From Candidatus Bathyarchaeum sp. (GTDB taxonomy: Archaea; Thermoproteota; Bathyarchaeia; Bathyarchaeales; Bathyarchaeaceae), in assembly GCA_026014495.1 (NCBI GenBank), contig JAOZIF010000100.1, forward strand, positions 1 through 18,402: 18,402 nt of DNA. Reading direction: 5' to 3'. Of this stretch, positions 15,313 to 18,402 are shown piece by piece. The notes below the pieces were generated by a model. The model ran no database searches and was not told the DNA's origin. It was given only the letters and a program-made list of their open reading frames with translations. Each line of letters starts with the position of its first letter. Positions within the stretch are counted from its first letter, which is position 1. A program made the position numbers and the translations under genes.

Positions 15313-18042
15313 ATGAATAAAGAAAAAAAATCAAAAATATCCGTTATCTCTTTAGTTCTAATGTTACTTTGTGTTAGTTTTATGGCTATTTTACAAACAA
15401 ATGCTGCCAACACAACAGACTATGAGAACTTGTTACAATATGAATGGCCCGTAGCAGGTGCTGATGCTGGCAGAACACATTTTTCAGCCGGACCCGCTCC
15501 AAACTCTCCGGATATACTATGGAAAAAAGCTATGCCGACAATAAACTTCATGTCTCCAGTAGCATTCAACGGCAATCTTTTCGTTGGACAGGGGAGTAAC
15601 CTATTAGCGTTGGATCCTTTTACAAGCGAAATTGTTTATAATGTTACTGTTCCCTCTATTCCCGATAGAATCTGCACTATTATGAATATCTTCAAGATCG
15701 ATGATACACAAATTGGTGTAGTAATCGGTTCGAGTGGATCTTATCCTACTACATCATCATTATGGGCACTTAGAATTCATAACATCGCTGATGGTAGTAA
15801 TCTATGGAGTGATCCTGATCCCAAAGTCGCAAGCTTACGATCTGGGCTCCTCAACTGTGCCAACTATGTCGAAGAAGAAAAAATGTTGTACGTAGCTGTC
15901 GGTAATGAAACCGGTCGGGGTTCTTTTGCGGCAGGATCTTCTGGGAAAATATTGGCGTGGGATATTTCGGATCCACGATCTCCATCACTTAAATGGACAT
16001 ATCTTTCGGATGGTGTTATTGGTGACTGGGGAACGAATTTTGTTTATGGTGAAGGAAAATTATGGCCTGATGGCAGCGCACACCACCAACCTTGTCTTGA
16101 CGCAAAAACTGGCCAGATACTTTGGGACACTGAATTGACTGGAATACGAACATATCAAGGCACATACTATGAAGGCAAACTATTAAGGGGATTATTGGAT
16201 AATACTTTTGTTGCCCTTGATGCAAAAACTGGTCAAATTCTTTGGTCTTTCAATCCAGGTACTTACGGTTTCTGGTGTAGCGGCACATCAGCAGCATATG
16301 GAATGGTATACTGCACCAATGTTGATGGAAACACATATGCTTTGGACGTAGAAACTGGCGAAGTGATTTGGACCCATTGGGCCGGAGGGCTTTATTATCC
16401 TGGACATATACAGATTGCAGATGGAAAAGTCTACGTGTGCACAAGCCAAGCAAACCCCTCCCCCATTACCCCAGAGTCTTCCCATTCAGAATATTCTTGT
16501 CTCGATGCTTACACTGGAAAAGTAATTTGGAAAGTTCAAGGTCTAGAATTCACAGCTGGTCCTATTGATACAACCTGTATTGCATATGGAAACTTCTATG
16601 GATTCAGTCACATCTATTATGGCGGCAATGGTGACTTTATTTGCTATGGGTCTCCTAAAGATTGGACCAATTTCCTTGGTGATTCCACACACAACGCAGT
16701 TGGTTATGGCGGTCCTACTGACCCTGCACTTCTATGGGAGTTCAAAACAAACGGAGCCGTCATTTCTTCGCCCGCCATAGTTGATGGAAAAGTCTACATT
16801 GGATCATACGATAAGAACTGGTACTGTCTAGATGCTCGCACTGGAGCAAAAATCTGGAACTTCACCTCAGAATATAGAATCAGGTCCTCGCCAGCAGTTG
16901 CAAACGGAAAGGTTTACACGGGTGCCGATGATGGTTATGTGTACTGTTTAGATGCTGATACAGGTCAGAAGATATGGGAGGCTCCTACTCCAGGATATTG
17001 GATTCATATTTTAACTGGGACTACAGTTGAATATCGCGGCTCTCCTATTGTAGTGGGTAACAATGTATATGTGGGTGCACTTGACGGCAAAATATACTGT
17101 CTCAACGCAAATACTGGAAACATTATATGGTCTTTACAAACTACAGGTGCTATAATTTCAACTCCTACTCACATCGCTGGTGATGGTCTCTACTTTACAT
17201 CGGTGGATGGTTACGTATACAAGCTAAATCCTGAAACAGGCAACATCATATGGAACGCGTCAACGCCAATTGGAATTGAGATTTCCATGATGGGAAGCCC
17301 CGCTGTTGGAGACGGCAAAGTATTTATCGGTTCAGGTGCTGCAGGTGGATCCCCAGCAGGTATTGGACAGTTCTACTGCCTAAATGCAACAACAGGCGAC
17401 TTTATATGGACAGTGGATCAATTGCCGGGAAGCGGTCAATTGCAACCCATCTGGTCGATGCTTTACTTAGAGGGCAAAGTTTTCCACGGTGACTTCTTTA
17501 GCTTTGACTGTCGCAACGCAACAAACGGAGATCTAATATGGTCAACTTTTCTGACAAGGGAACATTATGGTTCACCAGCCTACGCTGACGGCAAGTTCTA
17601 TGTGCCAAGCGATTCTTATGGCATATACGTTATTGATGCTGAAACTGGCGATAAATTGTCATATTTCCGAACAGGACCCGTTCAGTCTTCTCCAGCCATT
17701 TACGAAGGCAAAGTCTACTTCGGCAGCTGTGACTGGAGCGTCTATTGCCTCGAAGAATCGTCTGTTGGTACTACATACTACAGTTCACAAGACCAATCAC
17801 TAGTATCAGACCAGCAATTAGAGCTAAAGGAAGCTGCAGAACCTGAAACATCTATAGAACAAGAAGAACCTGAAACACCAGAAACTCCCACAGACCCAGA
17901 AGAACCTCAGACTCCAACCGAACCAGAAGAAACTGCGACCGAGTCAGCACTCATCACCACAGAAACTGCAATCACAGCAGTAGTCGCCATCGCGGCAATT
18001 ATCGGCGCAGTCAGCTTATACGTAATAAGGAAGCGAAAATAA
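15313..18042 (+). CDS. Secreted, C-terminally anchored PQQ-like (BamB-type) beta-propeller repeat protein, 909 aa
   Basis: Basic and hydrophobic signal peptide; many repeats of about 40 aa of the (C/A)LDAxTGxxIW type, forming two propeller-sized blocks each starting with a W...D..R/H motif; acidic E/P/T linker; TM helix; RKRK end. Confidence 0.9.
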   Translation: MNKEKKSKISVISLVLMLLCVSFMAILQTNAANTTDYENLLQYEWPVAGADAGRTHFSAGPAPNSPDILWKKAMPTINFMSPVAFNGNLFVGQGSNLLALDPFTSEIVYNVTVPSIPDRICTIMNIFKIDDTQIGVVIGSSGSYPTTSSLWALRIHNIADGSNLWSDPDPKVASLRSGLLNCANYVEEEKMLYVAVGNETGRGSFAAGSSGKILAWDISDPRSPSLKWTYLSDGVIGDWGTNFVYGEGKLWPDGSAHHQPCLDAKTGQILWDTELTGIRTYQGTYYEGKLLRGLLDNTFVALDAKTGQILWSFNPGTYGFWCSGTSAAYGMVYCTNVDGNTYALDVETGEVIWTHWAGGLYYPGHIQIADGKVYVCTSQANPSPITPESSHSEYSCLDAYTGKVIWKVQGLEFTAGPIDTTCIAYGNFYGFSHIYYGGNGDFICYGSPKDWTNFLGDSTHNAVGYGGPTDPALLWEFKTNGAVISSPAIVDGKVYIGSYDKNWYCLDARTGAKIWNFTSEYRIRSSPAVANGKVYTGADDGYVYCLDADTGQKIWEAPTPGYWIHILTGTTVEYRGSPIVVGNNVYVGALDGKIYCLNANTGNIIWSLQTTGAIISTPTHIAGDGLYFTSVDGYVYKLNPETGNIIWNASTPIGIEISMMGSPAVGDGKVFIGSGAAGGSPAGIGQFYCLNATTGDFIWTVDQLPGSGQLQPIWSMLYLEGKVFHGDFFSFDCRNATNGDLIWSTFLTREHYGSPAYADGKFYVPSDSYGIYVIDAETGDKLSYFRTGPVQSSPAIYEGKVYFGSCDWSVYCLEESSVGTTYYSSQDQSLVSDQQLELKEAAEPETSIEQEEPETPETPTDPEEPQTPTEPEETATESALITTETAITAVVAIAAIIGAVSLYVIRKRK
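17839..17934 (+). repeat. Low-complexity Glu/Pro/Thr linker
   Basis: EPETSIEQEEPETPETPTDPEEPQTPTEPEET; GAACCTGAAACA at 17839 and 17866. Confidence 0.8.
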
Positions 18043-18048
18043 ACCAAA

Positions 18049-18072
18049 TTTTTTCCCTCCCTTCTTTTTTTT
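18049..18072 (+). terminator. Pyrimidine/oligo-T archaeal terminator of the beta-propeller gene
   Basis: TTTTTTCCCTCCCTTCTTTTTTTT starting 7 nt after the stop codon. Confidence 0.6.
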
Positions 18073-18091
18073 GGGAGTAAAACCTCATCGG

Positions 18092-18224
18092 AAGAAAATG
18101 GGGACTGAAAAGGCTCAGGCACAAAAATGAAAAATAACTGAAGCAATAGTAGCTGTTTGTTGGTTTTCATTTTTTTCTCCTCTAATGCGTTTGTGCATGA
18201 GCCTCAGCAAACCCCACTATTCTT
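18092..18224. other. 133-nt imperfect inverted repeat (long hairpin)
   Basis: Nested pairings AAGAA/TTCTT, TGGGG/CCCCA, CTG/CAG, AGGCTCAGGCACAAA/TTTGTGCATGAGCCT (14/15) and AATGAAAA/TTTTCATT. Confidence 0.6.
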
Positions 18225-18325
18225 ACAAAAAACGGCTTTCTAAAGAAAAAAGCAAAATAGACAATACATTGTAGTCAATAATTATCTCAAAAAAAGCTTT
18301 GGAAACTAGATGAACAAAAATATTT

Positions 18326-18340
18326 TTTTACTGGTAAATT
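18326..18340. repeat. Right inner-end palindromic motif
   Basis: TTTTACTGGTAAATT, 7 nt before attR; 14/15 identical to 13885-13899. Confidence 0.6.
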
Positions 18341-18347
18341 CAGGTGT

Positions 18348-18368
18348 GAATCCCACCCCCCGCACCAT
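18348..18368 (+). repeat. attR-like copy: duplicated 3' 21 bp of tRNA-Leu
   Basis: GAATCCCACCCCCCGCACCAT, not preceded by the rest of a tRNA. Confidence 0.92.
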
Positions 18369-18402
18369 GAATTAAGCCGTTTTTAAGATTATTTTTTAGT
18401 AA

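Larger units (their letters stand above)
13865..18368. mobile_element. About 4.5-kb island integrated in tRNA-Leu, no recognisable integrase (non-autonomous or decayed)
   Basis: Exact 21-bp tRNA 3'-end direct repeats at both ends; accessory cargo; visibly AT-rich spacers; gene remnants. Confidence 0.8.

Noticed and set aside
15313-18042. Calling the large protein a PQQ-dependent dehydrogenase, a kinase or a DGR target
   Set aside because: Only the structural blade repeat is evident. No catalytic signatures, kinase domain, reverse transcriptase or template/variable repeat pair is visible.
17907-18170. 87-aa minus-strand ORF as an intact gene
   Set aside because: Its 3' half is antisense to the propeller gene's TM region; at most the first codons are a remnant.
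18341-18368. A second tRNA gene at the right end
   Set aside because: Only the 3' 21 nt match; the upstream sequence cannot form D or anticodon arms.
1-18402. CRISPR array, rRNA or transposase
   Set aside because: No regularly spaced repeats, rRNA-like sequence or transposase motifs were seen.

Overview
Archaeal chromosomal window. Gene content and protein style suggest a TACK-type archaeon most like Bathyarchaeia (inference). Bases 1-13884 are mostly housekeeping: the 5' part of trpE (truncated at the window edge), Sec61beta, a divergent Sm-fold protein, a DUF2070-type membrane protein, a ferritin-like protein, a four-gene 2-oxoacid:ferredoxin oxidoreductase operon (gamma-delta-alpha-beta), Alba, a class III PLP aminotransferase, RPA, a 41-aa membrane microprotein, a SWIM protein, Hsp20, a metallophosphoesterase, IMPase/FBPase and tRNA-Leu(CAG). 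The last 4.5 kb lies between two identical 21-bp copies of the tRNA-Leu 3' end (13865-13885 and 18348-18368). It looks like a tRNA-integrated cassette with no visible integrase. It carries a TrmB-family regulator divergent from a 909-aa membrane-anchored double beta-propeller surface protein, plus matching palindromes at both inner ends, a 133-nt imperfect hairpin and decayed gene remnants. The other main candidate is a Shine-Dalgarno-led leader ORF upstream of trpE. Its TTT-TGG (Phe-Trp) site would place ribosomes in the trpE frame after a +1 slip at the Trp codon.
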